Source of the DNA: Candidatus Pacearchaeota archaeon
Lineage (GTDB): Archaea > Nanobdellota > Nanobdellia > Pacearchaeales > JAPDKA01
Length of the DNA: 64,000 nucleotides
Assembly (NCBI GenBank): GCA_038890875.1
Contig: JAWAFA010000001.1
Location: 863 to 64,862, forward strand
Direction: 5' to 3'
In this document: in pieces, positions 56,026 to 64,000 of the stretch
How positions within the stretch are numbered: position 1 is the stretch's first letter
How the letters are laid out: each line of letters starts with the position of its first letter
The notes under the pieces: generated by a model
Seen by the model: only the letters and a program-made list of their open reading frames with translations
Told to the model about the DNA's origin: nothing
The model's database searches: none
Program-made: the position numbers and the translations under genes

Positions 56026-58113
56026 TTATAAGTAGCATACACTTCCAACACATTCATGACTGAAATGTAATTTTGCTAATGTCTTTTCTTTTCCCTTACC
56101 TAAATATAACACTTGCTCTGGCTTGCTACCATAACGATAAATAGTTATTCCTCTGCATCTTAGTTTGTAGGCAAGTAAATAGGCCTTTTTTATCTCATCA
56201 ACTGTTGTTTCCTTTGGCATATTTATTGTCTTACTAACACTATTATCTACATATTTTTGCCAGACTGCTTGCATTTTTATGTGCTGCTCGTATGGAATTT
56301 CAAGCGCTGTAACAAAAATTTCTTTTATATCTTTTGGTAAATCGATTCCTTTGAGATTTCCTTGTCTTACAATTTTTTCAACTAGTTCCTCACTATATAA
56401 TCCTCTTGAGAGTATTTCCCGTAAAAAATATTTATCTATTTCTAAAAATTTTTTTCCCTCAAGAATCTCGCGCTCAAAAATTAAGGCAAAAAGAGGTTCT
56501 ATGCTACTCGAGCATCCTGCGATTATGCTTATGGTTCCTGTTGGTGCTATACTAAGGAGGGTTGCATTTCTCATAGGCCTTTTATGCTTTGATTTTGCTA
56601 TGTTTGGAAAAGAGCCTTTTTCTAAAGCAAGATTATGGCTTTCATCATAAGCAATTTTTCTCAGAAAACTTGCAAGCTTCTCACTAAATTTTAATGCTCT
56701 CTCACTATTATAGGGAATTTTTAAAATAAAAAATAAATCAGCAAGACCCATCACACCAAGCCCTATCTTCCTATTAGCTTTAACATTTTTTTCTATTTCT
56801 TTTAAAGGAAATTTATTAATTGAAATAACATTATCTAAAAATCTGACAGCGAGCCTTATTGTTCTTTCAAACTTTTCCCAATCAAATTCATATTTGCCAC
56901 TTATTTCTTTTACCATTTTCGTCAAGTTTATTGAGCCAAGATTACAAGCTTCATAAGCAATTAAGGGCACTTCACCACAAGGATTAACTCCTTCAACAGG
57001 AATTTTTAAATTATGTTTTCTATTTATTTCGTCAATAAAAATTAAACCAGGATCGCCAGTTTGCCAGGCATTCTGGCAAATTTTCTCAAAAAGCTCCCTT
57101 GCATTTATTTTTTTAACTTTTTTTTTATCTCGTGGATTTATCAAGGCGTATTCGCCAAGATTAAGCACAGCATTCATAAACTTATCATCAACAGCTACGC
57201 TTATGTTAAAATTACTTAAAGTCTTTTGATCTGCCTTAGCTTCAATAAATTGCTCTATATCTGGATGGCTAACATGTAATATGCCCATATTTGCTCCCCT
57301 ACGCTTTCCTCCTTGCTTAATTATTTCTGTCGCCATATCATAAATTTTCATAAAACTTACTGGTCCGCTAGCTACTCCTTTCGTGCTTTTTACAATATCT
57401 CCCCTAGGCCTTAACTTTGAAAAATTAAAACCAGTCCCACCACCACTTTGCTGAATTTTTGCCATATTTCCAAGAGTAGTGAAAATTGAATCGAGACTAT
57501 CTTCTATTGGCAAGACGAAGCACGCACTAAGTTGCCCAAGTCCAGTTCCTGCATTCATAAGCGTTGGGCTATTAGGTAAGAACTCCAGATTAGAAAGCAT
57601 ATCAAAAAATATCTTCTCATATTTTTTCCTTTTTTCTTGTTTTTCAACGCTAGCAACAGCTCTTGCTATTCTTTTGAACATTTCTCTTGGAGTTTCTATT
57701 ATCATTCCCTTATCATTTTTCAACAAATATCGCTCTTCAAGAACTTTTAATGCTGTTGCATTAAATTTCATATCATCCTTTAATTTCAAAAATTCTCTTA
57801 TTTCTCTCGCTAAATGCCTCGAGCGACGATAAAGGGAATATGCTTTTGCAATCCTCTCATTTTTTGCAAATAAAATTTCTTCAACGATATCTTGAATATC
57901 CTCAATATCTATAATACTAACATCAGTAAATTTCTCCTCAATAGTTTTTACAACAAGAGTGGTAATGTTATCAGAAAAATTTTTCTCAACATTTTCCTTT
58001 CCAAGAAAGTTCACTGCTTTATCAATCGCCGCCTTTATTTTTCTAGCATCAAAATCAACAAGTTTGCCTGTCCTCTTTTTTACTTTTTTTATCATTCTTT
58101 TTAAAAGCTCCAA
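56026..58113 (-). CDS. nrdJ: class II (adenosylcobalamin-dependent) ribonucleotide reductase with N-terminal ATP-cone
   Basis: ATP-cone (VKKRTGKLVDFDARKIKAAIDKA), catalytic NPCGEVPL and …SNLEFLPNSPTLMNAG…, C-terminal Cys pair (…CVGSVC…). Confidence 0.85.
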   Translation of the reverse strand: MELLKRMIKKVKKRTGKLVDFDARKIKAAIDKAVNFLGKENVEKNFSDNITTLVVKTIEEKFTDVSIIDIEDIQDIVEEILFAKNERIAKAYSLYRRSRHLAREIREFLKLKDDMKFNATALKVLEERYLLKNDKGMIIETPREMFKRIARAVASVEKQEKRKKYEKIFFDMLSNLEFLPNSPTLMNAGTGLGQLSACFVLPIEDSLDSIFTTLGNMAKIQQSGGGTGFNFSKLRPRGDIVKSTKGVASGPVSFMKIYDMATEIIKQGGKRRGANMGILHVSHPDIEQFIEAKADQKTLSNFNISVAVDDKFMNAVLNLGEYALINPRDKKKVKKINARELFEKICQNAWQTGDPGLIFIDEINRKHNLKIPVEGVNPCGEVPLIAYEACNLGSINLTKMVKEISGKYEFDWEKFERTIRLAVRFLDNVISINKFPLKEIEKNVKANRKIGLGVMGLADLFFILKIPYNSERALKFSEKLASFLRKIAYDESHNLALEKGSFPNIAKSKHKRPMRNATLLSIAPTGTISIIAGCSSSIEPLFALIFEREILEGKKFLEIDKYFLREILSRGLYSEELVEKIVRQGNLKGIDLPKDIKEIFVTALEIPYEQHIKMQAVWQKYVDNSVSKTINMPKETTVDEIKKAYLLAYKLRCRGITIYRYGSKPEQVLYLGKGKEKTLAKLHFSHECVGSVCYL

Positions 58114-58149
58114 GAGTTTTTATACTTTTACTCTAGCTTTTTTCATTGC

Positions 58150-58677
58150 TTATTTTTTAACTTGATAGATATAGATTTTGTTTTTCTGTCTAATTAATTT
58201 TAATGTTGGGAATCTCCACCAATAGCTTACTACAGTCCCTCTTTTTATTTCTCGTTTAATTTTATCTTCAAGTTTTGCCATAATATAGCCAATTCCAAAA
58301 ACAAAAACAACATTAAACTTACTTAAATTTTGTCGCCAAAAATTTTTCCACTCTATCCTTACATTTTTTATCTCAAGCTTTTTCAGCTTAAGTTTGCTAT
58401 AGGCAACTAAAAAAGGGTTTATTTCATAGCCAACTATTTTTGCTTTTGGATAAAGCTTTGCAAGCTCGACAACAACATTTCCATTTCCACTTCCTAAATC
58501 AACTATTTTTGCATTTGTTGAAATTTTAGCTAGCTTTGCTGCTTTTATTACTTCTCTTGCTGGCATCGGCTCAAAAGGTGCACCGGTAAAATAAGGAAGT
58601 AAGAAAGAAATGATTAGTGAAAAAGAAGCTAGAGCAATGATAGAAGCAAGAATAAGATAAATAGTCATCTTAATCAT
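58150..58677 (-). CDS. class I SAM-dependent methyltransferase with N-terminal TM anchor
   Basis: Motif I IVDLGSGNGNVVVEL, motif post-I KIVGYEINP. N-terminal hydrophobic helix. Confidence 0.6.
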   Translation of the reverse strand: MIKMTIYLILASIIALASFSLIISFLLPYFTGAPFEPMPAREVIKAAKLAKISTNAKIVDLGSGNGNVVVELAKLYPKAKIVGYEINPFLVAYSKLKLKKLEIKNVRIEWKNFWRQNLSKFNVVFVFGIGYIMAKLEDKIKREIKRGTVVSYWWRFPTLKLIRQKNKIYIYQVKK

Positions 58678-60275
58678 TCATTTTGATTTGTTTGATTTGT
58701 ATTTTCTTCTTCTATTTCTATATCAGCATTAAAAAAATCATGTAATGTCTTTGCTTTTGTTTTCTCTACTGTTTGTTTTGGTTCTTTAAGTTTAAGTTTT
58801 TTACTTAAACTATTGATTATGTTATACATTTTATGTTCTTTATGCCAAGCTGCCCAGTAATAGCTCTCATCACGCGTCTTTTCAGTCATTAAGATTATAA
58901 CTCGCCCTTCTCTTGTTCTAGCAGTTCTGCCAGCACGTTGTATTTTTCTTATAGCTGAAGGAACTGGTTCATAAAAGATTACAGTATCAACCTCTGGCAG
59001 ATCGAGCCCTTCCTCGCCAACACTCGTTGAAACAAGAACATTTATCAAACCTAGTTTAAATTCCTCGATAATTTCTCTCTGAATTTTCTGATTCAAGCCA
59101 AAATCTCTTTTTTTTGCCTGGCCGACAAAGGGCTTGTTTTTTATTCCAAAGCTACTTAGTACGTCGCTAATTTTAGCTACATTATCTCTATATTGAGTAA
59201 ATACAATCGCCCTAAAATTTTTATTATTTTTTAACTCTTCTTGCAAAATTTCTTTTAACTTTTCAAGCTTTGGATGCTCTCTCCCTTTTTTATAAAGCTC
59301 AACTGTCTTTAAAAATGCTTTATTAAAATTGCCATTTCTTATAATTTCACATACCGCTTTACTTTTCTTTTCCTGCGCTTGCTCATATAAATCTTGAAGA
59401 TAGAGGTAAAGGGCTGAGATACTTTGAGTTTCAAGAAGCTCAAGAGCGTGTTGAATTTTCAAAGCAACAGCAATTGCCGTCATTGCTTTTAACAAATTAT
59501 AATTTTTATCGATTGCTACTTTTCTTTGAAGAGTTCGTTGGAGCTCAATAATGTCTTTTTTTGATACTATTGGCTTAAACAAAAATCCCCTATTTTTTAA
59601 TTCTTCGAGTTTTTTTTCATAATATTCTTTTAGATTTTTTCTTATTTCTTCCAACTCATCATCAATCTTAGTTTTTATTATTTTAACTTTTAATTTTTTT
59701 ATGTATGGTTTAACATCAGGACTCTCCCGAGTACGAATTTCAATTGCTGATATATTTAAATTGTGGCATATTTGATCAATTTTTGCTTTTTCTTCACTTG
59801 GAGAGGCAGTTAAGCCCACAATCCTACCACTTTTATTTTCCTCAACATATTTTTTTGCAATATAAACATAATCATAATTTTTTAAACATCGATGGGCTTC
59901 ATCAAATATAATGATGCAGACATTATAAAGATTAATTAAATTGTTTTTCATGTCATTCGCTACTGTTTGTGGGGTAGCAAGAATAACTTCTGCCTTTTCA
60001 AAAATTTCTTTTCTCTTGCCAGGATTTATCGAACCAGTAAGAATATGGGTTTCAAATTGATAGTTTTTTTTAAAGTTGGAAAAATGTTGATCAACAAGCG
60101 GTTTTGTTGGTGCTAAAAAAATTGCTTTTCCTCTCCTCTTCTCCAACATGTACTTTATTAATTCAAAGGCAATTAATGTTTTCCCAAGGCCAGTAGGTAG
60201 GATAACAAGAGTATTTTTTTCTTTAGCCGTATTTATAATATTATTCTGATATTCACGTAATTCCATAAATAACAA
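58674..60275 (-). CDS. hef: Hef/FANCM-like SF2 helicase (helicase domain only)
   Basis: Q-motif/Walker A LPTGLGKTL, DEAH IIFDEAHRC, motifs III-VI. No nuclease domain, 533 aa. Confidence 0.8.
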   Translation of the reverse strand: MLFMELREYQNNIINTAKEKNTLVILPTGLGKTLIAFELIKYMLEKRRGKAIFLAPTKPLVDQHFSNFKKNYQFETHILTGSINPGKRKEIFEKAEVILATPQTVANDMKNNLINLYNVCIIIFDEAHRCLKNYDYVYIAKKYVEENKSGRIVGLTASPSEEKAKIDQICHNLNISAIEIRTRESPDVKPYIKKLKVKIIKTKIDDELEEIRKNLKEYYEKKLEELKNRGFLFKPIVSKKDIIELQRTLQRKVAIDKNYNLLKAMTAIAVALKIQHALELLETQSISALYLYLQDLYEQAQEKKSKAVCEIIRNGNFNKAFLKTVELYKKGREHPKLEKLKEILQEELKNNKNFRAIVFTQYRDNVAKISDVLSSFGIKNKPFVGQAKKRDFGLNQKIQREIIEEFKLGLINVLVSTSVGEEGLDLPEVDTVIFYEPVPSAIRKIQRAGRTARTREGRVIILMTEKTRDESYYWAAWHKEHKMYNIINSLSKKLKLKEPKQTVEKTKAKTLHDFFNADIEIEEENTNQTNQNE

Positions 60276-60311
60276 ATGAAAAGTATTTTAAATTATTTTC
60301 TTTAATTAATT

Positions 60312-60500
60312 ATGCTAAAGTTAACAAAAACTTCAAATGAGGGAAAATGGATAAATGTTAAGTGTAATAAATGCGGTAATACACAGACTATCTACGGAAA
60401 AGCTACGACTGTAGTAAAATGCATAAATTGTTCAACAATACTTGCTACACCAACTGGAGGAAAAGCAAAAATAAAAGCAAGGGTGTTAAAAATTAAGTAA
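60312..60500 (+). CDS. rps27e: ribosomal protein S27e
   Basis: C4 zinc finger VKCNKCGNTQTIYGKATTVVKCINCSTILATPTGGKAKI. Confidence 0.8.
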   Translation: MLKLTKTSNEGKWINVKCNKCGNTQTIYGKATTVVKCINCSTILATPTGGKAKIKARVLKIK

Positions 60501-60508
60501 AGAGAAAA

Positions 60509-61267
60509 ATGGAAGTTAAAAATGAAGAGAAAAAGGTTCCTGAAGAAGATGAATTAGTACTGTGTACAATTAAGGAAATAAAAAAACCGCAAGTGTTTGT
60601 TAACATCGATACTTATAACAAAGAAGGGGTTATTCAATTTTCAGAAATAGCCTCGGGAAGAATAAGGAATATTAGAGACTATGTTGTTCCTGGTAAGAAA
60701 GTTGTTTGCAAGGTTTTAAGGGTGTTGAAAAGTGGGCAAACAGTGCATATAGATTTATCCTTACGAAGAGTAAGCGCTAAAGAGAGAGAGCAGGTAATGA
60801 AAGAGTACGCAAAAGAGAGAGATTCGGAAAAATTGTTAAAAGTTATATTAAAAGAAGAGTTCGATAAAATTAGTGCTAAGATACTGGAAAAATACAGAAG
60901 TTATTTTAGATTTTTGATGGCTTTTTTAGAAGATAAACAAAAAGCGAAAGAAATTGGAATAAAATCAAAACTTGTTGAGGAAATAGAGAATGAAGTGAGG
61001 AGGAGGTTTAAAGAAAAAGAAATAAAAAAAAGTTATATTATAGAGGCAAGCACATTTTTAAGCGAAGGACTTTTTTTGATTAAGGAATTTTTTACGAAGC
61101 TCAGACTTGAAGGAGCTGAGATAAAATATATTTCTGCCCCATCTTATGAGATAACAATTAAAGGCAAGGACATCCAAGAAATAAATAAAAAGATAGAAAA
61201 AATAAATGAACTAATTTCAACTTACGCCAAATCTTTTGGTATTTTAAAGATAAGGGAAAAAGAATAA
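60509..61267 (+). CDS. eif2a: translation initiation factor 2 alpha subunit (aIF2α)
   Basis: N-terminal S1 domain (…LVLCTIKEIKKPQVFVNI…EGVIQFSEIASGRIRNIRDY…), helical and C-terminal α/β domains. Conserved S27e-aIF2α-Nop10 order. Confidence 0.85.
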   Translation: MEVKNEEKKVPEEDELVLCTIKEIKKPQVFVNIDTYNKEGVIQFSEIASGRIRNIRDYVVPGKKVVCKVLRVLKSGQTVHIDLSLRRVSAKEREQVMKEYAKERDSEKLLKVILKEEFDKISAKILEKYRSYFRFLMAFLEDKQKAKEIGIKSKLVEEIENEVRRRFKEKEIKKSYIIEASTFLSEGLFLIKEFFTKLRLEGAEIKYISAPSYEITIKGKDIQEINKKIEKINELISTYAKSFGILKIREKE

Positions 61268-61276
61268 GTTCAAAAT

Positions 61277-61408
61277 ATGTTCAAAAAATTATTTAAATGC
61301 CCAAAATGTAATAAATATAGTTTAAGCGAGTATTGTAAAAAATGTGGTATCAAAAGAATAAATCCTGCATACAAGTTTAAATTGCAAGATGAAAATAACA
61401 AGAGATAA
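61277..61408 (+). CDS. nop10: ribosome biogenesis protein Nop10 (43 aa; not in ORF track)
   Basis: MFKKLFKCPKCNKYSLSEYCKKCGIKRINPAYKFKLQDENNKR has the Zn-ribbon-like CPKC…CKKCG pattern. Conserved position after aIF2α. Confidence 0.6.
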   Translation: MFKKLFKCPKCNKYSLSEYCKKCGIKRINPAYKFKLQDENNKR

Positions 61409-62054
61409 AAATTTTAAGAAATATAATTTTGATATAACCATCCTTTCTTTTCCCAGTAATACTAATCTTACTAACATGATCTTAGCTAATATTATGGGTA
61501 AATTAAAACCAAAAATTATAGCTAAAGCATCATTTGATGAGCTTCCTGTTGCCATAGTTAGTGGCGGCAATATTTTTAGCCCTTCAATAGATTTTTATTA
61601 TAAAAAAATCAATGGCAACAGTTATTGTTTTGTGATTGCTAATTATAAACCACGGGAAATTGAGGCATATAAAAAAATATATGAAATAATAAAAAGAAGT
61701 AATGAGATAATAATATTAAATGAAGTTAAAGGAAGTGAATTTTTTTATATAAGGAACGAACATAGAAAGCCAAAAATAAAGTTGGACAAAATAAAAACAA
61801 AATTTAAGAAAATTGATAATGCCATAATAAAAGGAATTCCTGCTTTTGTCTTCGATGCTGCTAAGAAAGATAAAAGTAATATAACTGTCCTCTTCTTTAA
61901 TACAAATCCTGAGTCTATTGAAGATGGAATCAAAATTTTTAATGATGCAATTAACATCGATGTAAAGATTGATGGACTTGAAAAAAAACAAATAACACAA
62001 AGTAAAAGTCAAGAAAATAAAAGCAAAAACAATAAATTTAGTTATGTTGGCTAA
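61389..62054 (+). CDS. hypothetical protein, possibly PAC2-like
   Basis: 221 aa. …ILSFPSNTNLTNMILANIMGKL…PVAIVSGGN… has a weak PAC2-like pattern. Overlaps the Nop10 3' end. Confidence 0.3.
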   Translation: MKITRDKNFKKYNFDITILSFPSNTNLTNMILANIMGKLKPKIIAKASFDELPVAIVSGGNIFSPSIDFYYKKINGNSYCFVIANYKPREIEAYKKIYEIIKRSNEIIILNEVKGSEFFYIRNEHRKPKIKLDKIKTKFKKIDNAIIKGIPAFVFDAAKKDKSNITVLFFNTNPESIEDGIKIFNDAINIDVKIDGLEKKQITQSKSQENKSKNNKFSYVG

Positions 62055-62055
62055 A

Positions 62056-62331
62056 ATGGCACAAGTTGTTATAACGCTGAAAATAATGCCAGAAAGCCCT
62101 GACACTTCTCTTGAGAAAATAGAGAAAAACGCAAGAGAAATTATAAATAAGGAGGGAGAGTTTGTAAAAAAAGAGATAAAACCGGTGGCTTTTGGCCTTA
62201 ACGAGCTTGATATGGTTTTTTTGCTTGATGAGAAAAAAGCCTCTATTGTTGATAAGTTAGAAGAAAGAATAAAAAATATTAAAGGGGTAGCTAATGCTGA
62301 GATAGTTGATGTAAGAAGGACACTTGGATAA
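62056..62331 (+). CDS. ef1b: elongation factor 1-beta (aEF-1β)
   Basis: MAQVVITLKIMPESPDTSLEKIEKNAREII…VAFGLNELDMVFLLDE… is a typical archaeal EF1B. Confidence 0.75.
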   Translation: MAQVVITLKIMPESPDTSLEKIEKNAREIINKEGEFVKKEIKPVAFGLNELDMVFLLDEKKASIVDKLEERIKNIKGVANAEIVDVRRTLG

Positions 62332-62356
62332 AATCTTGATAAAATAAAAGATTACA

Positions 62357-62509
62357 ATGAAAGAAAAAAAAGGTATTGAGTGGAGTGAAGTGTTATTGTG
62401 GGGGATTGTGATTGCTGCGTTAATAATTATAATTGTTGGGATATTTTTGTTCAAAAAAGGTGGGGAAAGCCTTTTAGATCAGATTATAAATTTATTTAGA
62501 TTTCGTTAA
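62357..62509 (+). CDS. small pilin-like protein with class-III-like signal/anchor (50 aa; not in ORF track)
   Basis: MKEKKGIEWSEVLLWGIVIAALIIIIVGIFLF: basic N-terminus, G, Glu at +2/+5, then a long hydrophobic helix. Confidence 0.3.
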   Translation: MKEKKGIEWSEVLLWGIVIAALIIIIVGIFLFKKGGESLLDQIINLFRFR

Positions 62510-62512
62510 GAC

Positions 62513-63487
62513 ATGGCTCTTGAAATAGAAAAGCTAATAAAAGGGATTATTGGGTTAATGGCATTCATTGTTATTATTTTAATTATAATAATTGCAGCAA
62601 GAACGATTTATTCTGGAATAACCTTTCCTAAAGAAGAAATCTTGCAAAAAACAGAATTTAATCGCGAAGTGATACTGAGAAATTTTGAAGATTGTAGTAA
62701 AATTGATGATACTAATTGTTTTTGTGAAATTTTTCCTTCACAACAATTTCCGGCTGTTTTACCAAAATGGTTTAGTATTACAATTGAAAACAAAGATGGC
62801 AAAAGTAACATCTCAATTTTGTTAAATGAAAAAATTTTAGATCGAAGAGAAATAAAAAGTGAGGTTTGGTGGTGGGGGTCTTGGCGTTATAAACCTCCCA
62901 TTCTTTTTATACAACCATATTTATCCCCCTTAAAAGGCAAAATTGAATTTGAGGAATATCCAAAGTTAACAATGGATGTTTTTAGAAGAGAAAAAGTTGA
63001 AAAGGACACAATCTCAATTTTATCAGGAGATGCATTAAAAATTGAGAATAGATTAAATTTTTTAACAGAATATATTAAGGTAGAAGAAAGTAAAAAGGTA
63101 TTAGATGAGTTAAGAGAGGTAAAGTGTACTGAAGGAAGATATGATTCAATAAATTTTTTCGAAAATTTAAGAATGCTTCTTTTAACTAAAAACAGAGCTA
63201 GCCAGCCGCAAAATGTTAAAATTGGAGAAAATTTTGTTATTATTGCTAATAAAACATCTATCGGATTATACGACAAAGATGGAAATATTGTTAAAAGTTT
63301 ATTTATAAGTATAAGTTATTTAGAGGAAAAAGGAGATAAACAAATTGAAATTAGTAAGTTTGAAGAAGTTATACCTGTTAATCTTCTTTGCGGTTCAGAG
63401 GAAAGAATTGAGCTTAGAAAAGATGATAAAGTAAAATTGATGGTTTCAGGTAATCAAGCATGTATTGAAAAAATTGAAAAGATTTAA
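62513..63487 (+). CDS. N-terminally anchored extracellular protein
   Basis: MALEIEKLIKGIIGLMAFIVIILIIIIAA anchor, then a ~290-aa mixed domain. Confidence 0.35.
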   Translation: MALEIEKLIKGIIGLMAFIVIILIIIIAARTIYSGITFPKEEILQKTEFNREVILRNFEDCSKIDDTNCFCEIFPSQQFPAVLPKWFSITIENKDGKSNISILLNEKILDRREIKSEVWWWGSWRYKPPILFIQPYLSPLKGKIEFEEYPKLTMDVFRREKVEKDTISILSGDALKIENRLNFLTEYIKVEESKKVLDELREVKCTEGRYDSINFFENLRMLLLTKNRASQPQNVKIGENFVIIANKTSIGLYDKDGNIVKSLFISISYLEEKGDKQIEISKFEEVIPVNLLCGSEERIELRKDDKVKLMVSGNQACIEKIEKI

Positions 63488-63526
63488 AAAATATAGAATT
63501 ATAAAAATAAAAACTTAAATAACAAC

Positions 63527-63859
63527 ATGAAAAACAAAAGAGGTATTGAATTGAGCACAACAACCATAATAATACTCATACTGGCCGTCATTGTTCTTGT
63601 GCTTTTAGCAGTAGCTGTTACAGGTGGCTTTGGCAAACTATGGAAAAGAATAACTGGTGTTGGTGAGGTTGGAACAGCTATGGAGATAGATCTAGCTAAA
63701 GAAACATGTATGTTATACTTTAATTTAAAACAAAAAAACGCATTCTGTAATGAAACTTTAAATATCAAAGGTCTTGGAAGTTTAACTTGTTTTGATGCAA
63801 GAGAAGGATTAAAGCTAAACATTACGGATGAGGAAGCTAAGGAGTTTTGTCGGCAGTAA
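63527..63859 (+). CDS. small pilin-like protein with class-III-like signal peptide and 4 Cys
   Basis: MKNKRGIELSTTTIIILILAVIVLVLLAVAV, then a ~75-aa Cys-containing domain. Confidence 0.35.
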   Translation: MKNKRGIELSTTTIIILILAVIVLVLLAVAVTGGFGKLWKRITGVGEVGTAMEIDLAKETCMLYFNLKQKNAFCNETLNIKGLGSLTCFDAREGLKLNITDEEAKEFCRQ

Positions 63860-63882
63860 AAGATAGTGCATAAAAAGACAAA

Positions 63883-64000
63883 ATGAATAAAAAAGCACAA
63901 GAGCTTAATATTAAGCTATTGGTAGTAATCATCATCGCTCTGCTTGTTCTTGTTATCTCTGTTGTATTCTTTAGCTCTGGTATAAAAGAAATTTTTTCTA
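63883..64000 (+). CDS. small N-terminally anchored protein, 3'-partial
   Basis: MNKKAQELNIKLLVVIIIALLVLVISVVFF… runs off the window end. Confidence 0.3.
   Translation, partial: MNKKAQELNIKLLVVIIIALLVLVISVVFFSSGIKEIFS

Noticed and set aside
1-64000. CRISPR arrays, transposases, integrases
   Set aside because: No regularly spaced direct repeats were found. Tandem repeats at 5754-5785, 13990-14040 and 54130-54180 are simple AT-rich micro-repeats. No DDE/HUH/tyrosine-recombinase signatures were seen in any ORF.

Overview
The window is AT-rich (~28-30% GC) archaeal chromosome. Archaea-specific information-processing genes are present: an archaeal-type r-protein cluster, TBP, MCM, aIF2alpha, Nop10, TFS, Elp3, an archaeal ProRS and TyrRS. 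The low GC, many split or degenerate genes and many membrane-anchored surface proteins fit a small-genome archaeon, possibly DPANN-like (inference).

Core content:
- A minus-strand ribosomal-protein operon (3.1-14.0 kb: L32e-L6-S8-S14-L5-S4e-L24-L14-S17-Rpp29-SUI1-L29-S3-L22-S19). It is cut off from L2 (16.4-17.1 kb) by a ~2.45 kb insertion of higher GC. The insertion carries a frameshifted thiD remnant and a LOG/SLOG-like gene.
- Four tRNAs: Val-CAC, Gly-CCC, Ser-GGA, Ala-CGC.
- ProRS, TyrRS, PEP synthase, class II (B12) ribonucleotide reductase with a nearby CobO adenosyltransferase, a Cys-type formate dehydrogenase alpha-like subunit, an ABC transporter, an M16 peptidase and short XPF.
- A separate Hef-like helicase, ThpR, and an S27e-aIF2alpha-Nop10-EF1B cluster.

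Notable accessory or unusual loci:
1. A DisA-like diadenylate cyclase next to a DHH/DHHA1 phosphoesterase, a putative c-di-AMP make-and-break module.
2. An mTERF-repeat protein with near-identical nucleotide tandem repeats and a frameshift.
3. A tight four-gene operon: Ras-like GTPase, DUF2073-like protein, Zn-ribbon protein and a 467-aa coiled-coil protein.
4. A xylose-isomerase-like TIM-barrel protein split by a ~300-aa coiled-coil insert, upstream of an NTase/HEPN-like gene.
5. A membrane-tethered wHTH regulator.
6. A DRG-like protein with degenerate G motifs.
7. A cluster of small proteins with pilin-like N-terminal signal/anchor segments at the 3' end.
8. Several large N-glycosylation-sequon-rich surface proteins.

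No CRISPR array and no obvious transposase or integrase were seen.
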